Shown here in pieces: positions 9,605-19,320 of a stretch of DNA of 64,000 bases. Within the stretch, counting starts at the first letter, position 1, and each line of letters begins with the position of its first letter. Below the pieces are notes generated by a model, which was not told where the DNA came from, searched no databases, and saw nothing but the letters and a program-made list of their open reading frames with translations. Both the position numbers and the translations under genes were made by a program. Origin of the DNA: an uncultured delta proteobacterium (GTDB lineage: Bacteria; Myxococcota; Kuafuiibacteriia; Kuafuiibacteriales; Kuafuiibacteriaceae); NCBI GenBank assembly GCA_963803435.1, contig CAWDML010000003.1, positions 480,001 through 544,000 of the forward strand. Reading direction: 5' to 3'.

Positions 9605-12196
9605 ATGTCGGTCCAAGGGCTCGAAATCTTCTTTACGCATCGCGGCCCCCCGCTGGAAGCAGCGGCGGCCGGGGCACGCGCGATCTTTCCCGACTCGTGT
9701 GCCGTCTGGGTGGTGGACACCGCGACGTTGAAGCGGCCGGGCCGTCTTGCCACGGCTGACCTCGAGTGGCTCGTCCGCCAGCGGGCACCGCTCATGCTCG
9801 ACGCGTCCGCGTCCTGGATCGACCTCACCAAGGCCGGCCTCTCGGCGGCGGCGTACCTGCCGATCTTCGCCAGCGCTCCGAGGTTCAATCTGGCGGGGCT
9901 GCTGGTTGAAACAGAGGCAGCCATCTCGCCGGATCTCTTTGAAAAGGCCGCCGAATATGCGGGGCGAATCGGCGACGTCTTGCTGTCGCGGATCTTGGGG
10001 TTCCCCGACCACTGCCGACTCTCACGGGCCGCGTTCGAGGTCTGGCTCGACCGCTTCCTCGCAGATGCGCGCCGCATCGAGCGGCCCCTCGCCCTGCTCG
10101 CGGTCCGCGGCCTGGATGACAGCGCGCCCCTTGCAGACTTGCCAGCGCTGATCGGCGAGGTCGACCCGGGCACGCTGCTGGTCGCGCTACCCGATCGTTC
10201 ACCCGAGGAGGTCCAGACGATCAGTCGCGCACTCGCGGCTCGGACCACGGCGCGGATCGGCGTGGTCAGCCTCACCGAGCTCGGCGCGGACGCCAGCGCC
10301 GAACGCATGATCCACGCTGCATGCAGCGCCGTCGGTGAGGGCCCCGAACGACGGTTGGAGCTCGCGCCCGAGCTCGTCGGGGTGGAACGCGCGCTCGAGG
10401 TCGATCTCCCGGGCATCTGGGGGCTCTTCGAGGCCCTCAACGATCGCGAGCGGATGGATCGCTTGCTCGAGTCGACGCTCCGGCACCTGATGGCGATGGT
10501 CAAGGCGACCCGCGGCATGGTCTGGGCCGCCGCGGACGGAACGACCGGAGGTGCCTGGCAGAAGCGCGTCGTGATCGACACTGGAGACGTGGCGCCGAGC
10601 GAGAGCGAGGAGAGCTTGATCGCCCGTGTGTTCGATTCGCGACGCACCGAGAGCGTGCCGGCGTCCGCGAGCCCGCAATGCTTGGCGATCCCGATCCTTC
10701 ACGACGAGGAGATATTCGGCGTCCTCTTTCTCGGGCGCGAGGGCGAGGCGCTCACGATGAACACAGTGGGCGTTCCCTATCTGGACTCGCTGGCGGCACG
10801 GATCGGGCGTGTCTTCAAGGACGCCCGTGCGGTCGATGCGGATCGGCGTCGCGAGCAGCAGGTCGGCGAGCGCTTGCGCAAGGAAGCGATCGAGCTCCGG
10901 CGATTGCTACGAGCACGTACCGGGATGATCGGGAACGACGCTTCGATCAAGAGCGTCATGCGAAGCATCGAGCGGTGCAGCGCCGCAAACGTCCCGGTGC
11001 TGATCACCGGCGAGACGGGAACCGGCAAGGAGGCTGCGGCGCGCTTGATTCACCGTCTCAGCGGGCGGCGGGGCCCGCTCGTCGTGGTCGACTGCGGAGC
11101 CATACCAGGGAATCTGCTCGAGAGTGAGCTGTTTGGCCACGAGAGGGGTGCCTTCACGGGAGCCGAGGCAACGAAGGTCGGGCGGTTCCAGCAGGCCGAC
11201 GGGGGCACCATCTTCCTCGACGAGATCGGCGAGCTGCCGCTCGAGCTTCAACCGAAGCTGCTCCGCGTGCTTCAAGAGTCGACCGTGAGACCCGTCGGAG
11301 GACGGGACGAGATCCAGCTCGACTTCCGCCTGGTGGCTGCGACCAACCGCGCTCTCGAGGTGATGGTGGGCCAGCGCCTCTTCCGCGAGGATCTGCTGTT
11401 CCGCCTTCGCGTGATGGAGATTCATCTGCCGGCGCTGCGTGAACGCGGCGAGGACATCGCGCTTCTCGCGCTCTACTTCATACGGCAGTACTGTATCGAG
11501 ACCGGGCGCGAATTTCTGTCGCTCTCCCCCGAGGCACAGGCTACGCTGATGGCCCATCGCTGGCCCGGTAACGTGCGAGAGCTTCAAAACACGATTCGCC
11601 GAGCGGTGCTGATGGCGCCGGGCCCGGAGCTGCTCGCGTCCGATCTCCACATACCGCTCAGTCGCCCGCGACGTTCGGTGAGCGTGCCCTCACCCGCGCC
11701 GATCGAACGACCGTCTCAAACTCGCCTGGACACACCGGGGGGCCTGGAGGATGCGGTCGCCGACTGGTTCTGGGAGGTCTGGGTTCCAACGGCGACCGGT
11801 TCCCCCAAGGAGATCATCGAGTCGTTCATACTCCGCGCGGCTCTGCGGATCACGGACGGCTCGGTCGGAAAGGCGTCCGAGTTGGTCGGGATGCATCCCG
11901 ATACGTTCGGAAGCCACCTTGAGAAGTTCGGAAAGGCCGCGGCCTCGCGCACGGTCCGAGGGAGCCGCCTCGGCGTGCTGCTCGAGGCCGAGCTGCAAGC
12001 CAACCTGGGGTCCCAGCCGCCTGCCGGTCCGTCTCTACTCGATCGGGTGTCGCACGCGCTGCTGCGGGAGCTTCTCGTGCGCTGCAAAGGGAACAAGAGC
12101 GAGATGGCTCGTGCCATGGGCTGGGGTCGCCAGACGTTGCTCCGTCACCTCCGGCGTCTCGAAATCTTGAAACCTCCCTCAGATGTGAACTCATAG
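9605..12196 (+). CDS. Sigma54-dependent enhancer-binding protein (degenerate GGDEF-like, GAF, AAA+, two Fis-like HTH)
   Basis: [30 protein letters not shown] and [10 protein letters not shown] motifs. HTH-like [12 protein letters not shown] and [17 protein letters not shown]. Confidence 0.9.
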   Translation: MSVQGLEIFFTHRGPPLEAAAAGARAIFPDSCAVWVVDTATLKRPGRLATADLEWLVRQRAPLMLDASASWIDLTKAGLSAAAYLPIFASAPRFNLAGLLVETEAAISPDLFEKAAEYAGRIGDVLLSRILGFPDHCRLSRAAFEVWLDRFLADARRIERPLALLAVRGLDDSAPLADLPALIGEVDPGTLLVALPDRSPEEVQTISRALAARTTARIGVVSLTELGADASAERMIHAACSAVGEGPERRLELAPELVGVERALEVDLPGIWGLFEALNDRERMDRLLESTLRHLMAMVKATRGMVWAAADGTTGGAWQKRVVIDTGDVAPSESEESLIARVFDSRRTESVPASASPQCLAIPILHDEEIFGVLFLGREGEALTMNTVGVPYLDSLAARIGRVFKDARAVDADRRREQQVGERLRKEAIELRRLLRARTGMIGNDASIKSVMRSIERCSAANVPVLITGETGTGKEAAARLIHRLSGRRGPLVVVDCGAIPGNLLESELFGHERGAFTGAEATKVGRFQQADGGTIFLDEIGELPLELQPKLLRVLQESTVRPVGGRDEIQLDFRLVAATNRALEVMVGQRLFREDLLFRLRVMEIHLPALRERGEDIALLALYFIRQYCIETGREFLSLSPEAQATLMAHRWPGNVRELQNTIRRAVLMAPGPELLASDLHIPLSRPRRSVSVPSPAPIERPSQTRLDTPGGLEDAVADWFWEVWVPTATGSPKEIIESFILRAALRITDGSVGKASELVGMHPDTFGSHLEKFGKAAASRTVRGSRLGVLLEAELQANLGSQPPAGPSLLDRVSHALLRELLVRCKGNKSEMARAMGWGRQTLLRHLRRLEILKPPSDVNS

Positions 12197-12201
12197 GGAC
12201 G

Positions 12202-12693
12202 ATGGACGAGCATGCTCACGTGTCGGTCGTTCGAGCGAACGGCAGAACCACGATCATGATTGCCGGCGTCTTGGATGAGACGTCGCAGCGAGCGCTGGAA
12301 GCGGCGTTCGCGGAGCTCGATGATCTGATCGAGCTCAACCTCCGAGGGGTCAAGAGGATCAACTCATACGGGATCGGAATGCTGATGAAGCACCTCAGCC
12401 GTGTTTCGCGAGATCATCGGATCGAGTTCGTCGAGTGCTCCGAGATGATCGTCGACCAGTTCCAGATGCTCGATTTCGCTCTGTATGGTCGGATCAAGTC
12501 CCTCTTCATGCGCTACTACTGCTCGCGCTGTCGGAGGGAGGACGTGAAGCTGCTCGATCTCGAGCAGGACATCCGCGTTCGCGATGACGGAGAGATCATG
12601 GCACCCGAGTATCCTTGCAGCTGTACCGGCCGCCTGGCGGCAGACGAGTCACTCGAGTTCCTGGCCGATCATCTGGATGAGCGCTCCGCCTGA
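12202..12693 (+). CDS. STAS (anti-anti-sigma-like) domain protein with C-terminal Cys cluster
   Basis: IAGVLDE and LNLRGVKRINSYGI (STAS phospho-Ser motif), followed by YYCSRC...CSC. Confidence 0.75.
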   Translation: MDEHAHVSVVRANGRTTIMIAGVLDETSQRALEAAFAELDDLIELNLRGVKRINSYGIGMLMKHLSRVSRDHRIEFVECSEMIVDQFQMLDFALYGRIKSLFMRYYCSRCRREDVKLLDLEQDIRVRDDGEIMAPEYPCSCTGRLAADESLEFLADHLDERSA

Positions 12694-12705
12694 TCGAAGA
12701 ATCAG

Positions 12706-13821
12706 TCAACGATCTCCGGCGGGGAGATAGAAGCGACGCGCGCAGCTGTTGGACTGATCTGCGATCAGAAGCGAGCTCCCGTCCAGCTGGAGCCGCGAGA
12801 GGAAGCCAAACCGTGCTTCGATCCCGGGCCCCCCGACGCCTTCGGTGCCCTTCTTTCCAGTACCGGCGATGGTGTCGATCGTGCCGTTGGGGGAGATGCG
12901 CCGGACGCGGAAGTTGGCTCCGTCGTTGATATACATCGTGCCGTCCTCCGCGATGGCGATCCCGTCGGGCCAGTTGAGCATGGCTTCGGTCGCGGGGCCG
13001 CCGTCGCCCGAAAAACCCAGCACGCCGGTGCCCGCGATCGTCGTGATCACGCCGTTGGGCGAGAGGCGGCGGACCACACCGTTGACCTTCTCGCTGAAGA
13101 AAAGGTTCCCGGCGGCGTCGAGGGCCAGCGCGGTGGGCCACGACAGGCGCGCCTCTGTGCCCGGACCGCCGTCGCCCGAGTACCCCTTCTCTCCGGTGCC
13201 CGCCACCGTGGTCACGACGCCGTTCTCGATGAGGCGCACGCGATTGGCCTTGCTGTCGCTGACGTAGATCGCGCCGTCAGGTCGGATCGCGATGCCGTCG
13301 AGCTGGTCGAACTGCGCCTCGAGCGCCGGCCCGTCGTTGGGCGTGTCGCTCACCGTGCCGGTCCCGGCCAGGTTGCGGAGCCGCCCGTCTTGATCGAGGA
13401 GCAGCACGCGCGGATCGTGGTACGAGGTGATCACGATCCTTCCGTCGGGCAGGAACTCGAAGTCGATGGGGTTCTCGAGCGGGGACTCCAGGGCGAGCGC
13501 GCCGACGTCGGCGAAGCCGTGCACCCCGTTGCCCGCGACCGTGGTGATGACGCCGTCCTCCCCGATCACGCGCAGCCGGAAGTTGTTGAAGTCCATCAGA
13601 TACACGCGGCCGTCCGGGCCGCGCCGCACCTCGGACAGCAGATCGAGCTCGGTCTCGGGCGCAGCGAGCCCGTCACCGTTGAAGCCGATGGCGCCGGTGC
13701 CGGCCAGCTCGCACAGCGTGCCTGGCTCCGCCGACAGGCACCGATCGGGCCCACACGCAGCGGTGGCGGCGGCGATCGCGATCGCTCCGGCGAGGATCGA
13801 GGCAGTGGCCAGCAGGTTCAT
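12706..13821 (-). CDS. NHL-repeat (teneurin-like) beta-propeller lipoprotein
   Basis: Lipobox TAAC after ATG 13821. Repeated GYSGDGGPxTEAxLxxPxG..D..G.LY units. Confidence 0.85.
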   Translation of the reverse strand: MNLLATASILAGAIAIAAATAACGPDRCLSAEPGTLCELAGTGAIGFNGDGLAAPETELDLLSEVRRGPDGRVYLMDFNNFRLRVIGEDGVITTVAGNGVHGFADVGALALESPLENPIDFEFLPDGRIVITSYHDPRVLLLDQDGRLRNLAGTGTVSDTPNDGPALEAQFDQLDGIAIRPDGAIYVSDSKANRVRLIENGVVTTVAGTGEKGYSGDGGPGTEARLSWPTALALDAAGNLFFSEKVNGVVRRLSPNGVITTIAGTGVLGFSGDGGPATEAMLNWPDGIAIAEDGTMYINDGANFRVRRISPNGTIDTIAGTGKKGTEGVGGPGIEARFGFLSRLQLDGSSLLIADQSNSCARRFYLPAGDR

Positions 13822-13825
13822 GGGG

Positions 13826-14305
13826 CTACGGTTGGCTGCAGGTGCCTTCGTATCCTCCTTGGGCTTCCGTCCCGCAGCCCGAGTGGCAGCCGTAGCAGCG
13901 GGGCGTGTCGACACCCACGACGTTGCGATCGAGGTCGACCTGCTGCCAGGTCCAGTCGAGCGTGACGGGTGAGCTCCCCGACTCGAGACGCTTCATCACG
14001 GTCCACTGCTTGATGTCGCCCGAGCAGGTCGAGTCGCCGAACTCGTACTCCTCCTTGACCACGACGCCGCCGACCGGGATCGGATCGATGCGCCCTTGAT
14101 ACGGTCCGGTCGAGGGTCCGTCCGTCAGGATGCGGACGAAGTTGAGGTCGTGATCTCCGCTCTGACGGCAGTTGCGGACCTCGGTATACGTGGTCAGGTA
14201 GTCCGCCGGGAAGAACGGCTGGTCTTCGGTTCCACCCCCGTTGCACGCCGCCAGGGCGAGGAGAAGGCCGAGACCGGCAGAGCCGCGGGTGATCAGATCA
14301 TGCAT
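13826..14305 (-). CDS. Cytochrome P460-family lipoprotein
   Basis: Lipobox LAAC. PVGGVVVKE (cross-link Lys position), VMKR, WTW and C-terminal CYGCH heme motif. Confidence 0.7.
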   Translation of the reverse strand: MHDLITRGSAGLGLLLALAACNGGGTEDQPFFPADYLTTYTEVRNCRQSGDHDLNFVRILTDGPSTGPYQGRIDPIPVGGVVVKEEYEFGDSTCSGDIKQWTVMKRLESGSSPVTLDWTWQQVDLDRNVVGVDTPRCYGCHSGCGTEAQGGYEGTCSQP

Positions 14306-14308
14306 GGC

Positions 14309-15601
14309 TCATGGGAGCAGCACCGTGCGGATCACGTTGTTGCCCGTGTCCGCCAGGTACAGTCGGCCGTTCGCCCACGCCACTCCGAAGGGGAGCTTCA
14401 TGGTGGCCTCGGTCGCGGGTCCGCCGTCGCCGTCGAAGCCTTTCACGCCGCACTGACCGGCGACGGTGCGGACGGACTTGTCGGGCGCGATCGCGCGGAC
14501 GCAGTGGTTGTTGATGTCGGTGAAGTAGAGCGTGCCGTCGTCCCCGAAGGCGAGATCGACGGGTGTGTTGAGCAGCGCGTCGAGCGCCGGTCCGCCGTCG
14601 CCCGAGTATCCGGACTGAGGCACGCCGTCGACCGGCGGCTGGCCGGCGATCCGGTGGACGATCCCGTCGGTGTCGATCATGCGGATGAGATCGTTCGAGC
14701 TGTCGGCGAAGTACAGGTTGCCGTCCGGGTCGAAGACGATGCGTCCGGCCGGGATGGCGGACTGTCCGAACGGCTGGGCCATCCGCATCTCGGAGGCAGG
14801 GATCTCGTCGCCGGAGTAGCTCGGCGTGCAGGGCTTCGAGCAGAAGGTCGCCACGTCGCCGCAGGTCCACTTTCCGGAGGGTCCGTTCGGACCGGCCGGA
14901 CACTGGGAGGGCTCGACACCCTGACCGCAGGGGCCGGGGCCGGCGGGCGCAGGCGCGTCGATGATGCACTGTCCGGCCAGCTTGTGAATGACCCCGGCGG
15001 CGTCGATGTACCGGAGCACCTGGTTGGCCTCGTCCATGATCACGAGGTTGCCGACCGGATCGAGCGCCAGGCTGGCCGGCAGGTCGAGTGAAGAGGTGAG
15101 CGCGGGGCCCTCGTCCCCGAAGTAGGCGCGCTTGCCGTCGCCGCAGGCGTCGACGATCTGACCGCTCGCGAGGTTCAGCGTGCGAACCTTGCTGTTGTGC
15201 CAGGCGGCGATGATGATGTTCTCACCGCTCGCGTCGAAGATGATGTTCGGCGGGTGATTGAAGTCGCCGTTCGCCGGATCGTCGAGGCTGCCGCCGAGCT
15301 CGCCGCGTCCGGCCACCCAGGTCAGCATGCCGTCCGCGTCCAGGTGCCGGATGCGATGGTTGTTCCAGTCGGAGATGTAGAGCGTCCCGTCGGGCGCCGG
15401 GAGCGTGTCCTGCGGGAGGCTCATCTTGGCCTCGAGCGCTACCAGCGAGGCCGTGTCCGCGTCGGGGTCATAGCCGTTCTCACCGCTGCCGGCGATCGTG
15501 CAGATGTTCCCTGGAACGGTGATGTCGCAGGCCTTCGTGCCGTCGCCGCACCCGGCGGCGCCGGCGGCGGCGATCGCGATGAGCAGCCCGTACCGTTTCA
15601 T
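14309..15601 (-). CDS. NHL-repeat lipoprotein with Cys-rich insertion
   Basis: Lipobox AAGC, GDGGPA repeats, DWNNHRIR and a six-Cys insert (QCIID...FCSKPC). Confidence 0.85.
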   Translation of the reverse strand: MKRYGLLIAIAAAGAAGCGDGTKACDITVPGNICTIAGSGENGYDPDADTASLVALEAKMSLPQDTLPAPDGTLYISDWNNHRIRHLDADGMLTWVAGRGELGGSLDDPANGDFNHPPNIIFDASGENIIIAAWHNSKVRTLNLASGQIVDACGDGKRAYFGDEGPALTSSLDLPASLALDPVGNLVIMDEANQVLRYIDAAGVIHKLAGQCIIDAPAPAGPGPCGQGVEPSQCPAGPNGPSGKWTCGDVATFCSKPCTPSYSGDEIPASEMRMAQPFGQSAIPAGRIVFDPDGNLYFADSSNDLIRMIDTDGIVHRIAGQPPVDGVPQSGYSGDGGPALDALLNTPVDLAFGDDGTLYFTDINNHCVRAIAPDKSVRTVAGQCGVKGFDGDGGPATEATMKLPFGVAWANGRLYLADTGNNVIRTVLLP

Positions 15602-16758
15602 TTCACCACCTTCACGATCCGATCGTTGAGCGAGTCCATCACGTAGAGATTTCCGGTGGGATCGAACGCGATCCCGAAGGGACGCCGGAGGTGCGTCTCG
15701 GTCGCGGGCAGCCGCTCCTCCTGGTCGAGGCCGAGCTCGCCGGTGCCGACCACTGTCCGGATCACGCCCGAGCTCAGCTCGATGGCGCGCACGGCCCCGT
15801 TGTCCGTATCCGCGAAGTAGAGGTCGCCCTCCGGTCCGATCTCGAGGTCGCGAGGCGCGCTCAGCTGGGCCTCCAGCGCCGGTCCGCCGTCCCCTCCGAA
15901 GCCTTTGTCCCCGGTGCCGGCCAGGGTGGTGACCGTGCGATCGGTCAGGTCCATGACGCGGATGCGATTGTTCTCGGTGTCGGAGATGTACAGCTTGCCC
16001 TGGTCGAAGACGATGCCGCCGCTCGGATTCGGGTTGGATCCGAAGGCCCAGGAGAACTCGGCCTCGCGGGACGGTCCGTCGAGGTAGCCGGGCGTACCGT
16101 CGCCGGCGATGGTGTCGATGACGCCGTCCGTCCCGATCATGCGGATGCGCTGGTTCTGCTGATCGAGGATGTAGATGTTGCCGTCGCCGTCGATCGTTGC
16201 GTCGTTCGGCTGCTTGAAGAGCGCGCTCTCCGCGGGGCCACCGTCGCCTGAGAAGCCGGCGCCGCTGCCGCAGACGACGCTCACCCAGCCGGTGCTCGCG
16301 TCGATGCTGAGGAGCTTGTGGTTGTGCCAGGCGACCAGGAGGACGGATCCGTCCGCCTTCTCGAGCATGTTGGTGGGGTGGTTGAGCTGCCAGTCGGCGC
16401 CCGCGGCGCCGCCGGGCTTGACGCCGCCGAGCGGCCCGTCGCCCGGGAACACGGGATTGGTCCAGCCGACCACGCTCTCGATGACGTCGTCCTCGCGGAC
16501 CTTCCGGACCAGGTAGTTGTTGAAGTCGCTCAGCCAGGCGGTGCCGTCCACGAGGAACACGAGGTCTTGAACCTGGTTGAACTTGGTCTCCCAGCGGGCC
16601 AGGCCGTCGCCGTTGAAGCCTTCCTCACCCTTGAGCCCGGCCCAGGTACAGGCGGCGCCGGACTTGGCGTTCGCGCAGGGATCGCCGCCGCCGCCGCACG
16701 CAAAGAGCGCCGAGGTCAGGACGACCGCCATCCACGTCTTCAAGCTCGCTGTCCGCAT
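15598..16758 (-). CDS. NHL-repeat lipoprotein
   Basis: Lipobox LFAC, GFSGDGGPA repeats and DTENNRIR. Overlaps the next gene by ATGA. Confidence 0.85.
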   Translation of the reverse strand: MRTASLKTWMAVVLTSALFACGGGGDPCANAKSGAACTWAGLKGEEGFNGDGLARWETKFNQVQDLVFLVDGTAWLSDFNNYLVRKVREDDVIESVVGWTNPVFPGDGPLGGVKPGGAAGADWQLNHPTNMLEKADGSVLLVAWHNHKLLSIDASTGWVSVVCGSGAGFSGDGGPAESALFKQPNDATIDGDGNIYILDQQNQRIRMIGTDGVIDTIAGDGTPGYLDGPSREAEFSWAFGSNPNPSGGIVFDQGKLYISDTENNRIRVMDLTDRTVTTLAGTGDKGFGGDGGPALEAQLSAPRDLEIGPEGDLYFADTDNGAVRAIELSSGVIRTVVGTGELGLDQEERLPATETHLRRPFGIAFDPTGNLYVMDSLNDRIVKVVK

Positions 16759-16759
16759 C

Positions 16760-17785
16760 TCAAATCCCTCCGACCGGTACCGGGTCGCCCATGTGGATCA
16801 TCGTCCCCCTCGTGAGGGGGAACGAGGCGGTTTGACCGCCGACCGCCCAAACGCCCCCGAACGCGTCGATCCATACCCCGTGGAGGCTCTCGATGGTCGG
16901 GATACCGTCCACCTCGGTCCAACCCGACGGTCCTCGCCGGTAAACGCTGCCGTATTGCCCGACCGCGTAGCCGCCGTCACCGGACAGGCACACCCCGGTG
17001 AGACCCGCGGGCGCGGGCTGGGGCGTCCGGTCCTTCCACTCCGACCCCTCATACTCGACGAGGATACCGGTCGCGAGGCCCCCGACGGCCGCATATCGAC
17101 CCGCGCTGCCGTGCACCGTGAAGAGCGACGACCCCACGCCCGTATCGCCCGGAGTGAGGCACTGTCCGTCCCAGTGGAGCGAGAGACCGCTCCCCACGAA
17201 CCAGAGGTCATCGGCCGACAGGCCAAACGCCTTCCAGACCGCGCCGCTCGGAAGGCTCGCAGGAAGCGGGACGTCCACCCAGGTGTCGCCACCGTCGTTG
17301 CGCCAGATGAAGCCGCCCGCAGAGTCGGACTCGCCGCCGACCGCCCAGACGTCGTCGGCGGAGGCGCCCCAGATCCCGAAGACGGTGGCGGTGCCGGGCG
17401 TCTGCATCCGCGTGAACTGGGCGCCGTCGAAGCGAAGGATCACGCCGCCGTCTCCGCCCATCCAGATCGGGCCGCCGGGTACCCCGGTGACCCACCAGAG
17501 CGTGCCCCCGGTCTCGCCGGTGGTGAGGCGGGTCCAACCTGTGCCGTCGAAGTGGAGGACCAGCGGTCCCTGGCCGTCCCGCGCGTCGGCGCCGACCGAC
17601 CAGACGTCGTCCGGTCCAGTTCCCCATACTGAAAGCAGTGCCCCGGGGAGGTCTTCCTGGATTGCCGTCCAGGAAGCCGATGTGTCGTCGCCGTCGCCTC
17701 CAGTGCACGCCGCGCTCCCCAGCGCGCAGAGCGCGAGCGAAGCGAGCCGTCGGATCTGTTGCGGCGATGAACGTACTCTCCACAT
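16760..17785 (-). CDS. Beta-propeller lipoprotein (VWG..DDVWAVG repeats)
   Basis: Lipobox SAAC. Repeats SVWGTGPDDVWSVG, GIWGASADDVWAVG and LHFDGTGW. Confidence 0.8.
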   Translation of the reverse strand: MWRVRSSPQQIRRLASLALCALGSAACTGGDGDDTSASWTAIQEDLPGALLSVWGTGPDDVWSVGADARDGQGPLVLHFDGTGWTRLTTGETGGTLWWVTGVPGGPIWMGGDGGVILRFDGAQFTRMQTPGTATVFGIWGASADDVWAVGGESDSAGGFIWRNDGGDTWVDVPLPASLPSGAVWKAFGLSADDLWFVGSGLSLHWDGQCLTPGDTGVGSSLFTVHGSAGRYAAVGGLATGILVEYEGSEWKDRTPQPAPAGLTGVCLSGDGGYAVGQYGSVYRRGPSGWTEVDGIPTIESLHGVWIDAFGGVWAVGGQTASFPLTRGTMIHMGDPVPVGGI

Positions 17786-17920
17786 CGCGCGTGCAGAATA
17801 GCATGCTCAACTCCGACGGCGCGACCCGACGTGGACCGTGCTCCCACCAGGTAGGTGCGGTGCGCCGGCCGACCTCGCGACCACTTCCGCGTGATCAGGC
17901 GGCGATCTAGGCTCGCTGGA

Positions 17921-18578
17921 GTGACCGAGCACCCGTTTCTGGACGCGCTCCGATCGGGCGCTCGAGAGATGGGCCTCGCGCTCTCCGAAGAGATCGCGCA
18001 ACAGATCGAGACGCACTATCTCTTGCTCGCCAAGTGGAGCGCCAAGATGAACCTCACCGCGGTGAGGGACCCGGTGGAGGCGGCGCACCTGCACGGGCTC
18101 GACTCGCTGCTGTTCGCCGAGTGGATCGATCCGGACGCTGAGGACCGGACCGTCGACGTGGGCTCGGGCGCGGGCTTCCCGGGGATCCCGCTGGCGCTGG
18201 CGCGGCCGAAGCTCCAGATGGTGCTGCTGGAGCCGATCCGGAAGCGCGCCTCCTTCCTGCGGGTCGCCCTGGCAGAGCTCGACCTGCCGGGAGTGCGCGT
18301 GATCGAGGGCCGCCTCGAGGCAGGGGAGGGGAAAAAGGGCCCCTGGCCGGCGGATCTCGATCGTTTCCCGCGCGACCATTCCTCCGGTCGAGCTGGCGCG
18401 TCTCGCCACGCCCAAGCTGGCGGCCGAGGGTCGCCTGATCCTGACGTCCGGCGCGGGTGCCCCGGATCCGGCCGCGCTCGCCCGCTCGGGCCTGGTACAC
18501 GTCGAGCGGCGGGAGCGGCGCCTGCCGGGGGGTGAGCTTCGGGTGTTGGATCTGCTCCGTCGTGTTGACCGAGCGTAG
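17921..18578 (+). CDS. rsmG: 16S rRNA m7G527 methyltransferase, with a +1 frameshift near 18359
   Basis: KWSAKMNLTA, HGLDSL, DVGSGAGFPGIPLA and LEPIRKRASFL. The conserved IVSRA motif continues in the +1 frame to TAG 18576-18578. Confidence 0.88.
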
Positions 18579-18600
18579 CTCGGTCGATATTCCGGCCGCC

Positions 18601-19320
18601 GTGGGAATCTTCGACGTCCTCAAGCGGAAGTCCCCGGTCGAGAAGCTCGCCAAGGCGGTCAAGGAGCCCTACTCGCAGCCGGAGTACCGCCGCGAGGCCC
18701 GGGACAAGCTGTTCGACATCGGTACCGAGGAGGCGTACCGCGCGCTCTTGATGCGCTTCACCGTGGCGGCCAGCGGTGCCATCGCCGACGAGGACGAGAA
18801 GCGCGAGCTGGTCGACATGCTGGTGTCGGTCGGCGGACCGGTGCTCCCGCAGATCAAACACTTCATCAAGACCGAGCAGAAGGTCACCTTCCCCGTGCGT
18901 GCGCTGGCGCGGATGGTCCCGAAGAACGAGGCGATCGCTTTTCTCGCAGAGGTGCTCCGCCAGTACGATCCCTCGGATCATCGGAGCGTCGAGGCGAAGA
19001 CGACGCTCCTCACCAGCCTCGGCGACATCGTCGGCAGCGACGAGGCAGCGATCTTCATCCCCTACCTCGAGGATCACTCCGACGACGTGCAGTTCAACGC
19101 CATCGCCGTGCTCGAGCGCCTCGCGAATGCGGAGGCGCGCGAGCCCCTCGCGGCCGTCTGCTGCGGCGATGAGCACGCGCAGCGCATCCAGCGCCGGGCC
19201 GCGGAGGCGCTCTCGAAGCTCGAGTGGTCGGTGCGGGAGCGCTACGAGCAGTTTCATCCGGAGCTGAAGCAGGAATACCTGCTCGGCAAGAAGGGCCACC
19301 TGGTCAAGAAGGGCGCTTGA
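18601..19320 (+). CDS. HEAT-repeat protein
   Basis: GTG start after TTGACC-N17-TATTCC. HEAT-like repeats (YLEDHSDDVQFNAIAVL, RIQRRAAEAL). Confidence 0.75.
   Translation: MGIFDVLKRKSPVEKLAKAVKEPYSQPEYRREARDKLFDIGTEEAYRALLMRFTVAASGAIADEDEKRELVDMLVSVGGPVLPQIKHFIKTEQKVTFPVRALARMVPKNEAIAFLAEVLRQYDPSDHRSVEAKTTLLTSLGDIVGSDEAAIFIPYLEDHSDDVQFNAIAVLERLANAEAREPLAAVCCGDEHAQRIQRRAAEALSKLEWSVRERYEQFHPELKQEYLLGKKGHLVKKGA

Noticed and set aside
12706-16758. Recurrent DNA repeats such as GGTCCGCCGTCGCC
   Set aside because: They encode the GDGGP units of NHL protein repeats and are not independent DNA elements.
18328-18340. Programmed -1 frameshift at GGGGAAAAAG in rsmG
   Set aside because: The frame correction needed is +1, and the motif alignment places it at ~18359.
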